DNA of 64,000 nucleotides from Azolla caroliniana (lineage: Eukaryota; Plantae; Polypodiophyta), in NCBI GenBank assembly GCA_043228905.1, contig JBHGNT010000022.1:8928001-8992000 (forward strand), in the 5' to 3' direction. Positions within the stretch are counted from its first letter, which is position 1, and every line of letters begins with the position of its first letter. The position numbers were made by a program, and so were the translations under genes. Below are positions 12,725 through 22,669 of the stretch, in pieces. The notes below the pieces were generated by a model, which saw only the letters and a program-made list of their open reading frames with translations, was not told the origin of the DNA and made no database searches.

Positions 12725-15700
12725 TCAAGTAACTCCCACTAACTGTATGCAATGCTCATATTGAGCTTTGCCAAGACTTTTAGTGAGAATATCTGCAGGA
12801 TTATCCTGTGTTTTGATCTTGGTCAATGTGACTAGACCATCCTCCAAAACTTGTCTGATAAAGTGATGTCGCACATCAATGTGTTTGGTGCGCGAATGAA
12901 ACATGGCATTCTTAGCCAGATACACAGCACTCTGGCTATCACATCCTAACACAGGAGTACTAACAGACATGCCAAGATCTTCACCAAGTCTGCTGAGCCA
13001 TATAGCTTCCTTTGAAGCTTCTGTAGCTGAAATATATTCAGCTTCAGTAGTACTCAGTGCTACAATCTTTTGCAATTTGGAGCACCAAGACACTGCTCCA
13101 CCAGCAACTGTAAATATATACCCGCTAGTAGACTTACGTGTATCCAAGTCACCTGCCATGTCTGCATCACAATATCCCTGCAAATTTAATGCACCCTTCC
13201 CATAGCATAAACATTTTCTCTGTGTACCTTTAAGATACCTGAAAACACACTTGACAGCCTCCCAATGTGCATTCCCGGGATTAGACATATAGCGACTAAC
13301 AACTCCCACTGCATAAGCAATATCTGGACGAGTAGCTACCATAGCATACATTAGAGAACCACATGTTGATGCATAAGGAATTCCCTTCATAGCATTGATT
13401 TCCATCTCATCCTTTGGACAATCAGCCTTGCTGAGTTTAAGATATGACGGCAAAGGAACTCCAAGAGACTTTGCTTCTGCCATATTAAATCTGTTAAGCA
13501 CTTTTTCAATGTACTTTTCTTGTGACAAAAATAACAATTTGTCTTTTCTGTTTCTATTGATTCTCATGCCCAAAATATGCTCTGCATTTCCCAAATCTTT
13601 CATAGAGAAGACCAATTTCAGTTGATCTTTTAGAGCATCAAGACTAGTCTTTCTTTTCCCAGCTAGCAACATATCATCCACATATAGAACAAGTATGATA
13701 GGACTGTCATCGATATCCTTTTTCGTGTATAAACAATGATCTGCATAGCTACGATCAAAGCCTTGAGAAAGCATAAAAGTATCAAACTTCTTATACCACT
13801 GTCGTGGTGCTTGTTTTAGGCCATACAAGCTACGTTTTAGTTTGCATACCAAATGCTCTTTGTTAGAGACTACAAAACCCTTAGGTTGTTTCATGTAGAT
13901 CTCTTCATCAATATCACCATGCAAAAAAGCGGTCTTTACATCCATTTGGTACAACTCCAAATTAAGCATTGCAGTGAGAGCAAATAGCACACGAAGTGTG
14001 GTCATCTTCACAACAGGAGAGAAGACCTCTTGGAAGTCAATACCTTCCTTCTGTGCATAACCCTTGGCAACTAATCTTGCCTTGTATTTTGGTTTCCCTT
14101 CAATTTCCTTTACCTTATAAACCCACTTATTTGGAAGAGCTTTCCTTCCTTGAGGTAAGGACACAAGATCCCATGTATCATTTGCATATAAAGATTTTAT
14201 TTCTTCTTGCATTGCAAGCTCCCACTTACTACTAAGTTCACATGACATTGCCTCCTTATAAGTAAGAGGTTCACCCTCATCTGACAGCATGACATAATGC
14301 AAAGAGGGGTCATATCTATATACCTGCCTCCTTGAACGATTAGACCTACGTACCCAATGATTAGTATTTTCTGGGATTGGTTCTAAATCTGGAGGAAAAT
14401 CATTTTCAGCACTTTCTGGCTGTTGCGAACCATGTCCAACATGTTGTTCGACATCTATATTTTGTTCTTCAGTACCTTCATCTCGTTGACCAATATCTTC
14501 ATGAGCATCTCTTTGCTGTCCAACTTCTTCTGGCTCAAAGATAACCGGTTGACCATCATATTCAACCTTTGGTATAGCATCATGAGGTTTATTTTCAGGT
14601 TTTGTGGATGGCTGTAATTGCTGAAATGTAACGCTCTTAGAGTTCCCAACAGAGGAACAAGCATTTTTCAGCAATTTTTCTTCATTAAAAACAACATCCC
14701 GACTGCGTACAATTTTTCTGGACTGAGGTAACCAAATCCTATAGCCCATTTCACCTTCATCACCATAGCCCATAAAAATGCCCATGGTGGACTTAGCATC
14801 GAGCTTATTTCTCAGCTCACTTCTAATGTGTACAAACGCATCACAACCGAAAATTCGTAAATGGTCATATGAAGCTGGTTTGCCAGACCAAACCTCCTCA
14901 GGGATTCCATTTTTTAAGGACTTGTTGGGAGAACGATTACATATATGAACCGCGGTTTTTAATGCTTCTCCCCAAAATTCATGAGGGAGATTAGTTGTGG
15001 ACAGCATGCATCGTACTCGCTCACACAAGGTCCTATTATACCTTTCTGCCACCCCATTTGATGAAGGGTTATATGGAGCAGTAAGCTCTCTTTTAATACC
15101 ATGTAAGTCACAATAAGACTTAAATTCTGCAGATGTAAACTCACCCCCATTATCTGTTCTGAGACATTTCAGTTTTGTCCCTTTTTGAGTAGTCACAAAT
15201 GCATGAAAAGATTTAAATGCATCAAATGCATCACCTTTTCTTTTCATCAAGTACACCCAAATCTTCCTAGAATAATCATCGATAAAGGAAATAAAATATG
15301 CAGCACCGCCCAAGGATTTTACAAGCATGCTACATACATCAGAATGCACCAAATCTAGCACATTTGGTTTATGAGAGATACCAGAATAATAAGAATTTCT
15401 CACTTGTTTGCCAAATAGACAATCATTACAAAAAACCAGATTTGATCCTTTAACATCAAATCTTTTTAAAGCAGAAAGGACTTCAAGTCCTTTTTGGCTC
15501 ATATGTCCTAATCTCTTATGCCAAAGCTCTAAACGAGAGTCGAATTCAGCAATAGCAAGAAACTTTCCAGGTAAAGCTTTACATTGCAAACAGTACAAAG
15601 TGCCCTTTTTGCAACCTTTCACAATAACCATAGATCCTTTCTTTAGTTTCCATAATCCACCACCGAATAATGTGGTGTAACCATGCAAATCCATTTGTCC

Positions 15701-16903
15701 TACAGATAGCAAACTTTTCTTAATGCCAGGTACATACCTAACATCTTTGAGCACAAGCTCTTGACCATTATCCAAAGACAAGTGTATGGTTCCAATACCA
15801 TCAATATTGCAAGCACTATTGTTACCAAGATAAACTTTTCCATAACTGCCTACATCAAATGTGGTAAAGCACTCCAAACATGGAGTAACATGAAAAGAAG
15901 CCCCAGAGTCTACTATCCATGTCTGTGTCAATCCATCATCGATTGACAATAAAGCATCAATAACATCTGTTTTGGTGATTTGCATGTCTTGAACATGAGC
16001 TATAAAGGCATCACCTGTAATACAAAGTACATTACCATCTTCACCAGATAGGTCTTCAATGATAACATTTGAAGCCATATTAGCTTTCTCTGTTGTATTA
16101 AACTTATCATCTTTGTTTTTCTTCTCTCCTACATTCTTCTTCCTTTCTAGTTCCATCTTCCAATATCTACAATCAGGTTTCTTATGACCTTTACGGCCAC
16201 AATGATAGCAAGTGATATCTTGTTGTTTTCCTTTCCCTCTACTCTTACTTCTATTTCTTTGTCCTACATTTGGGTTCCTCTTATCATATCTCCCCCTAAT
16301 ATTGTATGTTGAACCACTACCTTCTCCGCTAGATTGTCTTCTAATCTCTTCACTGAGAATAGAGCCCCGCACACCATCGAAGGTCAAGGTGGGGCTATTA
16401 GATAGTGAAACAACTAATGTTTCCCACGAATCCGGTAAAGTCATAAGTAGGAAGATAGCTTTGAGCTTGTCATCAAAAGTTGGTAATCCTGAATCTTGTA
16501 GTTGGGAGAGAGTACCTGTGAATAAAGATAGATGCTCTGTTGCACCTTTCGACTCATCAAGCCTCATACTGACAAGTTTTCTCATCAAATGCACCTGATT
16601 CACAGGAGAAGTATTCTCGTAAGTTTTCTTAAGTTTCTCCCAAACTTGATGGGCAGTAGTCAAGCCCTTTACATCTACAAGAATTTCATCAGAAACAGCC
16701 ATTTTAATATATGTAATGGCTTTCTTATTCAGAGTGTTCCAAGCATCATTCTCCATGCTCTCTGGTTTCTTTTCTACAAGAGCATCTTCACAATCTCTTA
16801 GAAAGAGGATGCCCAGCATACGCTCTTTCCACAATTCGAAACCTTTTCCATCAAATCTCTTGATTTCAAAGAGGTTTTTCACTTCAGCTGAAGTGGAGGC
16901 CAT
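12725..16903 (-). CDS. Copia gag-pol polyprotein (Gag CCHC, protease, integrase, RT, RNase H)
   Basis: Uninterrupted ORF. First ATG is at 16903; the ORF track starts at the TTG at 16912. Motifs CYHCGRKGHKKPDC, WIVDSGAS, HKRLGH, RTDNGGEF, YVDDML and ADILTK. Confidence 0.95.
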   Translation of the reverse strand: MASTSAEVKNLFEIKRFDGKGFELWKERMLGILFLRDCEDALVEKKPESMENDAWNTLNKKAITYIKMAVSDEILVDVKGLTTAHQVWEKLKKTYENTSPVNQVHLMRKLVSMRLDESKGATEHLSLFTGTLSQLQDSGLPTFDDKLKAIFLLMTLPDSWETLVVSLSNSPTLTFDGVRGSILSEEIRRQSSGEGSGSTYNIRGRYDKRNPNVGQRNRSKSRGKGKQQDITCYHCGRKGHKKPDCRYWKMELERKKNVGEKKNKDDKFNTTEKANMASNVIIEDLSGEDGNVLCITGDAFIAHVQDMQITKTDVIDALLSIDDGLTQTWIVDSGASFHVTPCLECFTTFDVGSYGKVYLGNNSACNIDGIGTIHLSLDNGQELVLKDVRYVPGIKKSLLSVGQMDLHGYTTLFGGGLWKLKKGSMVIVKGCKKGTLYCLQCKALPGKFLAIAEFDSRLELWHKRLGHMSQKGLEVLSALKRFDVKGSNLVFCNDCLFGKQVRNSYYSGISHKPNVLDLVHSDVCSMLVKSLGGAAYFISFIDDYSRKIWVYLMKRKGDAFDAFKSFHAFVTTQKGTKLKCLRTDNGGEFTSAEFKSYCDLHGIKRELTAPYNPSSNGVAERYNRTLCERVRCMLSTTNLPHEFWGEALKTAVHICNRSPNKSLKNGIPEEVWSGKPASYDHLRIFGCDAFVHIRSELRNKLDAKSTMGIFMGYGDEGEMGYRIWLPQSRKIVRSRDVVFNEEKLLKNACSSVGNSKSVTFQQLQPSTKPENKPHDAIPKVEYDGQPVIFEPEEVGQQRDAHEDIGQRDEGTEEQNIDVEQHVGHGSQQPESAENDFPPDLEPIPENTNHWVRRSNRSRRQVYRYDPSLHYVMLSDEGEPLTYKEAMSCELSSKWELAMQEEIKSLYANDTWDLVSLPQGRKALPNKWVYKVKEIEGKPKYKARLVAKGYAQKEGIDFQEVFSPVVKMTTLRVLFALTAMLNLELYQMDVKTAFLHGDIDEEIYMKQPKGFVVSNKEHLVCKLKRSLYGLKQAPRQWYKKFDTFMLSQGFDRSYADHCLYTKKDIDDSPIILVLYVDDMLLAGKRKTSLDALKDQLKLVFSMKDLGNAEHILGMRINRNRKDKLLFLSQEKYIEKVLNRFNMAEAKSLGVPLPSYLKLSKADCPKDEMEINAMKGIPYASTCGSLMYAMVATRPDIAYAVGVVSRYMSNPGNAHWEAVKCVFRYLKGTQRKCLCYGKGALNLQGYCDADMAGDLDTRKSTSGYIFTVAGGAVSWCSKLQKIVALSTTEAEYISATEASKEAIWLSRLGEDLGMSVSTPVLGCDSQSAVYLAKNAMFHSRTKHIDVRHHFIRQVLEDGLVTLTKIKTQDNPADILTKSLGKAQYEHCIQLVGVT

Positions 16904-17079
16904 TGCTCCCAAGATTTATGATAGATGCCTTCAGAAATTGAGCAGAATACCAATAGGAAAGGGTCTGACAGATTTTTTATTTTATTTTATTTTATTTTTT
17001 TAAATCTGTGTTTTCTGCTGATTCTGAATCTAAAGAAAAACAGCAAAGTAGAGGAAAGAGATTTGGCTCTGATACCAGT

Positions 17080-17355
17080 TAAAGGTAAAGAGGGATGTTT
17101 GACAGATCAGCCATTTAGAGATGACATTCAGCAAACAGGACTGTAGTAGAGATGAGAGTAGAGACACGCAGATCTTTGGTGTACCCAACCGCCTTGATTG
17201 GTACACAAGAAAAAAGAAGGTTATTATATTAGTTAACCTTACATAGAAAGTGGTGTGTTCACATTATAAAAGGAGGTGTCCTGTCCAAGTGAACAATGTG
17301 TTCACATATACGAATAATTACCTAATTTGTGAACTACGGGCCTTTACACCTAACA
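17080..17355 (-). repeat. Copia 5-prime LTR
   Basis: Adjacent to the PBS; repeated at 43849-44124. Confidence 0.95.
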
Positions 17356-17753
17356 TTGGTGATGGTTTTTCTTATATACTTGTCTTCTTTACAATGTGCC
17401 TAACTATGATAATCTATTAAGAGAGTAAATTAGCACAAAAGAGAGTGAGTATGAGAACTATTAAGATAAGAATTTCCAAACTAGAGGCTCAAAAGTGATT
17501 GACAACCACTCAATCCTTATTCACCTCTTTCTACTCCCTCATCTGTCTTATCACCCTATCAATCTTCCATTCACCAGCCCATTTTGTTTCCCCCCCCATA
17601 TCACCACCCCCTCTATCATCAAGATCTTCCAACTTAAAACCTCACAGCCCTCCATCTATTTACATTGTTATTGTACCCCACTCACTATGATTATACATTC
17701 TCCTCCCTTCCCCATCCTCAACATCCTATATAAACCACCTTTTGTATGTACAT

Positions 17754-17812
17754 GACCTTTTGCACTGATGAGCTCTACCTAAAAGAGCGAAACTAGTTTG
17801 CTGCATAAGGTC
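17754..17812 (+). ncRNA. Type I hammerhead ribozyme, copy 1
   Basis: GACCTTTTGCA-CTGATGA-GCTC(loop)GAGC-GAAA-CTAGTT-TGCTGCATAAGGTC. Conserved core, with helices I and II pairing. Confidence 0.88.
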
Positions 17813-17841
17813 TTTCCTTTTATTTTAATGGAATTTTCCTG

Positions 17842-17894
<53 letters not shown>

Positions 17895-17931
17895 GTGTGC
17901 TTAGAATCTTTTCTTATTACATTATCTATGT

Positions 17932-18070
17932 AAACCCTAGACCTAATCCCGAAACCCTAATCCTGAAACCCTAATCTCGAAACCCAAAACCCTAATCCCA
18001 AAACCCTAATCCCGAAGCCCTAAACCCTAATCCCAAAACCCTAAACCCTAATCCGGAAACCCTAAACCCT
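17932..18070 (+). repeat. Plant-telomere-like heptamer block in the PLE pseudo-LTR (also at 23511-23649, 29092-29230, 34673-34811 and 40254-40392)
   Basis: About 20 phased 7-mers: AAACCCT alternating with AATCCCG/AATCCCA variants. Preceded by a (CT)n tract. Confidence 0.85.
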
Positions 18071-18160
18071 TTCCTATTACATTATCTACCATATCTAAAA
18101 GTCGCTCGCACTCCTTGTATCAACCTTACGGTTAATAAACAAAGCTAGATCGTGTTTTCT

Positions 18161-20701
18161 ATGGAGGGCTTATCATCGGAGTTTGGAACCCATAATAGTG
18201 ATAGTTCGACTCGCATCGAATCACCATTCAATGCCGAGTTCCCTCCACAAGAGATGATGACTTTTGCAGCGGCTACTTCCACTACACCTACCCCAACGAA
18301 ACCTAGAAGCGCCAACAAACGTCCAACTAAAAGACCGCGAGCTCCAGTAGTCTCAACTACTCCGACCCCTGCAAAAACTACTAGTACCCAGGTAATCTCC
18401 AATGAATCACCGCTAATTTCCCAACACTTTGAAGATTACAAGTGTAGAATAATCGCAGAGTTTAAAAACCTCTATCGAAAAGCTCAAAAAGCTAAAAAAA
18501 CATATAGTCGTATGTCAAACCTTAATTCTCAGAATATAGCCCCTCATAGCTTGAGAATCCAGCCCCCAAGACTAATTATTGAGCACGAAGATATAAATAA
18601 AAGCCTACAACTAGAGTTTGCTTCCATCACAACACAATATAGTAAAGATCTCACTACCACATATGTCAAGCATTTAGATAGTCTTGTCCATTACTACACA
18701 AAAACAGTAGATGATTTTCCTATGACTGTACGAGCTGATATTCTCAAGATTGCTAATCTCCTAAAAGCCCCTGTTTGTTTTGACGAAGTAGAGGAATCCG
18801 ATTCAAGTCCAAACTCATTTAGCAAACAGCTTGAAATTTTCCAAGAAGAGTTAGCAACTAATATTCTAAAAGAATGTAATACTATAGCTCTCTCATTCAC
18901 TTATAGGGAAGCCTTTAAAGTTGCTGCTATGCAAAGAAAAGATAAAGCCCAATCACTAAATGAGAACACTCAAAGCACAAGTAAGCACCATATTAGAGAG
19001 ATAGACATAGATATGGAGTCAGATGATGATATTGAAGATGATATTGAAAAAGTTGTCGACAGTTTTGAGAAAGTACAATATAATAAATTTCAGTATAAAG
19101 ATAAAGACTATAATCCTAACTCGAGAATTAACCCTAACCTTAATTTGAGAACAACCCCTAAGCCCAACCCTAACCCTAACCCGAATCCCAACCCTAACCC
19201 TAATTTGAGAACAAACCCGAATCCCAACCCTAACCCTAACTTGAGAACAAACCCGAAACCCAACCCTAACCCTAACTTGAGAAAAGAACCCAACCCTAAC
19301 CCTAACCCTAACCCTAACCCTAACCCTAACCCTAATTTCAGAACACACCCTAACCCTAACCCTAATCCTAACACTAACCCAAACCCTAACCCTCGGCCTC
19401 CATCAGCAAACCCGAAGCCTCCTCCACCACATTTTCACCGCGGACCATCCAACCACCGCAACCACCGCGGACCATCCAACCACCGCAACCACCCTCACTT
19501 CATCCGCGACCATCCTCAATTCATCTGCAACATGAATAACAATGAAGTTAGCATCAACCCGAACCTCAACCATCAAAACCCACAAGTACTTTTCTATAGA
19601 TCGAACGAGCTTTCGGCAGGCCCGAACATAAACTCGGCCTACCGCCACCATAACCCGAACTCCAATTTCACGACACATGCTTCCCTTCGTACAGGTTCTT
19701 GGCTTCATCCACCACAAGATCACCCACACCGACCACCATCATCACTCTTCGGCGGCAACACGGACATCAACCACTTTAATCATCCACCACGAGATCTCCA
19801 TCAACTACCACCATCATCACTTTTCGATGGCCACAGAGACACGAGCCACCATACACATGCTTGGTCACAGGCTGCACACCGAGGACCCCCGTCTCTGGTC
19901 CATAGCTTCTACTCTTCGGCTGCACCTGCTAGTTTCTCGTCGGCCCAACATAGCCATCCACAACAGGACGAGATTAATTCACAGGCGGGCCATAACGCTG
20001 TCCCAAACTCAGGTCCTGCGCTCGACTACAATAGAAAGCATCTCCCCCATTCTCACCTTCCCCCTCTACTCTCCAACCCTCCTCCATATACTAAGCCCCT
20101 CGATACCTCTCCCCCTCAATTTTCTTTCCCTCCTCCTACGCTAGGGCAGCAACATAGCCCATCCCTTTACCCATATCCCACTCACTCTCAAAACCTTCCC
20201 CCTACACTTCTTAATAATTCTCTGTATACCCCCCCGTTACTTTCCAATATTCCCCTCCATAACCCCATGCCCCTTTTTTGTAATGATCCCCACCCTAATT
20301 ACCCCCCTAACATTTTGTATAATTTTGGTCTTGCCCCTTCCCCAATCTCTAATATAGCCCCAAACCCCCTCAATATTTTCACAAACCCCCCCAATATTTT
20401 CACACACTCCTCCCATACCCCCCTCTCTTTTCCTAATAATTCCACACACGGCAACCCCCTCTTATTTCCACATAATATAAATAAGAACCCCTCCCCATTT
20501 ACGTCTAATACCCCTTTCCATTTTCCTGTTAGTAACCCCTCCCTATTTACATCTAATACCCCTTCCCTTTTTTGTAATTCTAACCCATCTGCCCCAGCCA
20601 CCCACCCACATAATAAATCAAACCCACACAACTCTTACAAACCCCCCTATCAACCCCCATCTAAAACTCCAACTCATGTGTCGAAACCAAAAAACGTGTA
20701 G
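18161..20701 (+). CDS. PLE ORF1, copy 1: helical N-terminal region, acidic patch, Pro-Asn repeats and a long P/N/H/S-rich low-complexity tail
   Basis: 849-codon ORF counted from the GTG at 18152; first ATG at 18161. The protein is identical in all four units. Confidence 0.85.
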   Translation: MEGLSSEFGTHNSDSSTRIESPFNAEFPPQEMMTFAAATSTTPTPTKPRSANKRPTKRPRAPVVSTTPTPAKTTSTQVISNESPLISQHFEDYKCRIIAEFKNLYRKAQKAKKTYSRMSNLNSQNIAPHSLRIQPPRLIIEHEDINKSLQLEFASITTQYSKDLTTTYVKHLDSLVHYYTKTVDDFPMTVRADILKIANLLKAPVCFDEVEESDSSPNSFSKQLEIFQEELATNILKECNTIALSFTYREAFKVAAMQRKDKAQSLNENTQSTSKHHIREIDIDMESDDDIEDDIEKVVDSFEKVQYNKFQYKDKDYNPNSRINPNLNLRTTPKPNPNPNPNPNPNPNLRTNPNPNPNPNLRTNPKPNPNPNLRKEPNPNPNPNPNPNPNPNFRTHPNPNPNPNTNPNPNPRPPSANPKPPPPHFHRGPSNHRNHRGPSNHRNHPHFIRDHPQFICNMNNNEVSINPNLNHQNPQVLFYRSNELSAGPNINSAYRHHNPNSNFTTHASLRTGSWLHPPQDHPHRPPSSLFGGNTDINHFNHPPRDLHQLPPSSLFDGHRDTSHHTHAWSQAAHRGPPSLVHSFYSSAAPASFSSAQHSHPQQDEINSQAGHNAVPNSGPALDYNRKHLPHSHLPPLLSNPPPYTKPLDTSPPQFSFPPPTLGQQHSPSLYPYPTHSQNLPPTLLNNSLYTPPLLSNIPLHNPMPLFCNDPHPNYPPNILYNFGLAPSPISNIAPNPLNIFTNPPNIFTHSSHTPLSFPNNSTHGNPLLFPHNINKNPSPFTSNTPFHFPVSNPSLFTSNTPSLFCNSNPSAPATHPHNKSNPHNSYKPPYQPPSKTPTHVSKPKNV

Positions 20702-20746
20702 TGAGGCGTGCTAAACGAATTAGTAAACGGTTTAAGCACGCCTTAC
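20689..20746 (+). promoter_or_regulatory. Putative -1 programmed ribosomal frameshift signal (also at 26268-26325, 31849-31906 and 37430-37487)
   Basis: A AAA AAC in the ORF1 frame, a 5-nt spacer, then a 12-bp stem GTGAGGCGTGCT / AGCACGCCTTAC. The -1 frame is the RT frame. Confidence 0.8.
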
Positions 20747-22669
20747 ACCCTTGTAAGCGTCTTTTTTACATACTAGATAGGCCCCCTTTGACACGTGATA
20801 CGTACATGTGGCTAGGTAAAGAAAACTCCCACTTCCCTTTCTCCCCTTATACTAAATCACGCCCTAAAAGGCTTAGATACAAGTTTTGGAAACCACTTAC
20901 TCCCACCATAGACACTACTTCCATCTTACAAAGTAAAATTCATAATCTTTCAAGTTACACCCTTAGTAAACTAGAAATGAAACTTTTAAACCTAGGACTT
21001 AAGTTTATACCCCCTTGCCCCCCACCTACTAACCAATCCATTCTTCAAGAATACCAAAACCTAAGTAGATCCTTGAGACTTAAACATTTCTTTAGAAAAT
21101 CCAACTCTCCTCCCTCTAATCCCTTCAAACTACCCAACCCGAATTGGAACCCTCCTACTAAATATCCACCATTAGAATCTATACTCCATAAACACAATAT
21201 CTCTCTCTCCACAAACCTCCATGATAATATATTACCTAATATCAAAATACCACTACACCTCCAATTAGCAATAACTAGCCTTAAAAATAATAATAAAATA
21301 ACCATCCTACCAGCGGACAAAAACATTGGAGTTTGTGTCCTCGATAAAAAAACATACTTAGATAAAGCCCTAGAACATTTATCCGACATCACTACATATA
21401 AAAAAGTTGATAGTCTCCCATTAGAAGAACTTTTAAGTCGACTACAAGACATAGTCAATTGTAATCGTAATATCTTATCTCTCATAGAAATAGAATTTAT
21501 CCTACACAAACCTCCTAAAGGTTACTCAATACCTAATATGTACTTCTTGCCAAAAGTACATAAAAGTCCTGTTAGCTATAGACCGATTTGCTCATATAAC
21601 GGTTCATTATTTGAACAAACGTCTAAATGGCTTCACCATCAACTCCTCCCCATACTTCTAGTTCAAAAACAGTATCTTAGGGACTCCCATTCCCTTGTCC
21701 AAACTTTAGAACAACTTATAACACCACCCAATAGCTTCATTTTTTCTTTTGATGTTGAATCCCTCTACCAGCATCCCACCTAAACTAGGACTCTCTGCCC
21801 TAAAAAACCTTATTGCCCCCCACTTTTCTAACCAAAAAACCAATTTGATTTACACCCTTAGTGCCCTCACCTTAGAATACCACTTCCTTAAATTTAACAA
21901 CCAAATTTATCAACAGGTAAAAGGAACAGCCATGGGTAGTAATTTTTCCGTCGTGTATGCATGTCTCTTCCTCTCATATCTAGAAAATTCCAATCCATCA
22001 CCCCACCTTTTCTATTTCACTAGGTATATTGATGATGCCTTTGGCGTCTGGACTGGTACTAAAATCCAACTTCTCGAATACCTAAACTTCTATAGTAACT
22101 CTACTCAAAACTCTATAAAACTAACCATACACACTTCTTACACGAAACTACCCTTTTTAGACCTTTGGATTAGATTAGATAATAATAGATTCACCTTTAA
22201 TTGCTTTCAAAAAACACTTAACACATATCAATACATCCCTTATTCCTCCAATCACCCTCTACATGTGAAAAATAGTTTTGTTTCAAATGAACTTAAAAGA
22301 TATATGGTTAGAGAAAGCACGGCCCTAGGTTATTTAAATATGCAAAAAAAATTCTTTACGAGACTTAGAGCCCGAGGTTATCCCACACATTTTATTCTAA
22401 ATAACTTTCGAAAACACCCTTACTCCCTTAGACACACTCTCCTTTTCAAAGAAAAAACTAAAAAGACCACCCCACCCACTATCTTTAAACTTAGATATAC
22501 TCGCCATACCCCCACACTAATTATTAAGAAAATACTAACTAACCTACACTATGATATCCAATTAGATCCCCAACTACAACATATCCCTAAACCCATTATT
22601 TGTTGGACTAAATCCAAAAACCTCCACTCCCTTCTAGTAAAAACTAAAAACATCCTAGAGCCACTATAA
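20701..22669 (+). pseudogene. PLE RT ORF2, copy 1, broken by a 2-bp deletion after 21769
   Basis: CTCTACCAGC here versus CTCTACCCTAGC in copies 2-4. This splits the ORF into 360-aa and 306-aa pieces (real mutation or consensus error). Confidence 0.85.

Larger units (their letters stand above)
12419..17355 (-). mobile_element. Full-length, intact Ty1/copia LTR retrotransposon
   Basis: 276-bp LTRs at 12419-12694 and 17080-17355 (3 differences seen). TSD TTGGT at 12414-12418 and 17356-17360. tRNA-iMet PBS TGGTATCAGAGC at 17066-17077. PPT next to the 3-prime LTR. Confidence 0.97.

Noticed and set aside
17932-18070. True telomere or chromosome-fusion scar
   Set aside because: Short, degenerate and repeated identically in every PLE unit, so it is part of the element.
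18145-21509. Minus-strand ORFs inside the PLE unit (LGLGLG, VRVRVR and similar)
   Set aside because: They are shadows of the biased, repetitive plus strand and show no recognisable domain.
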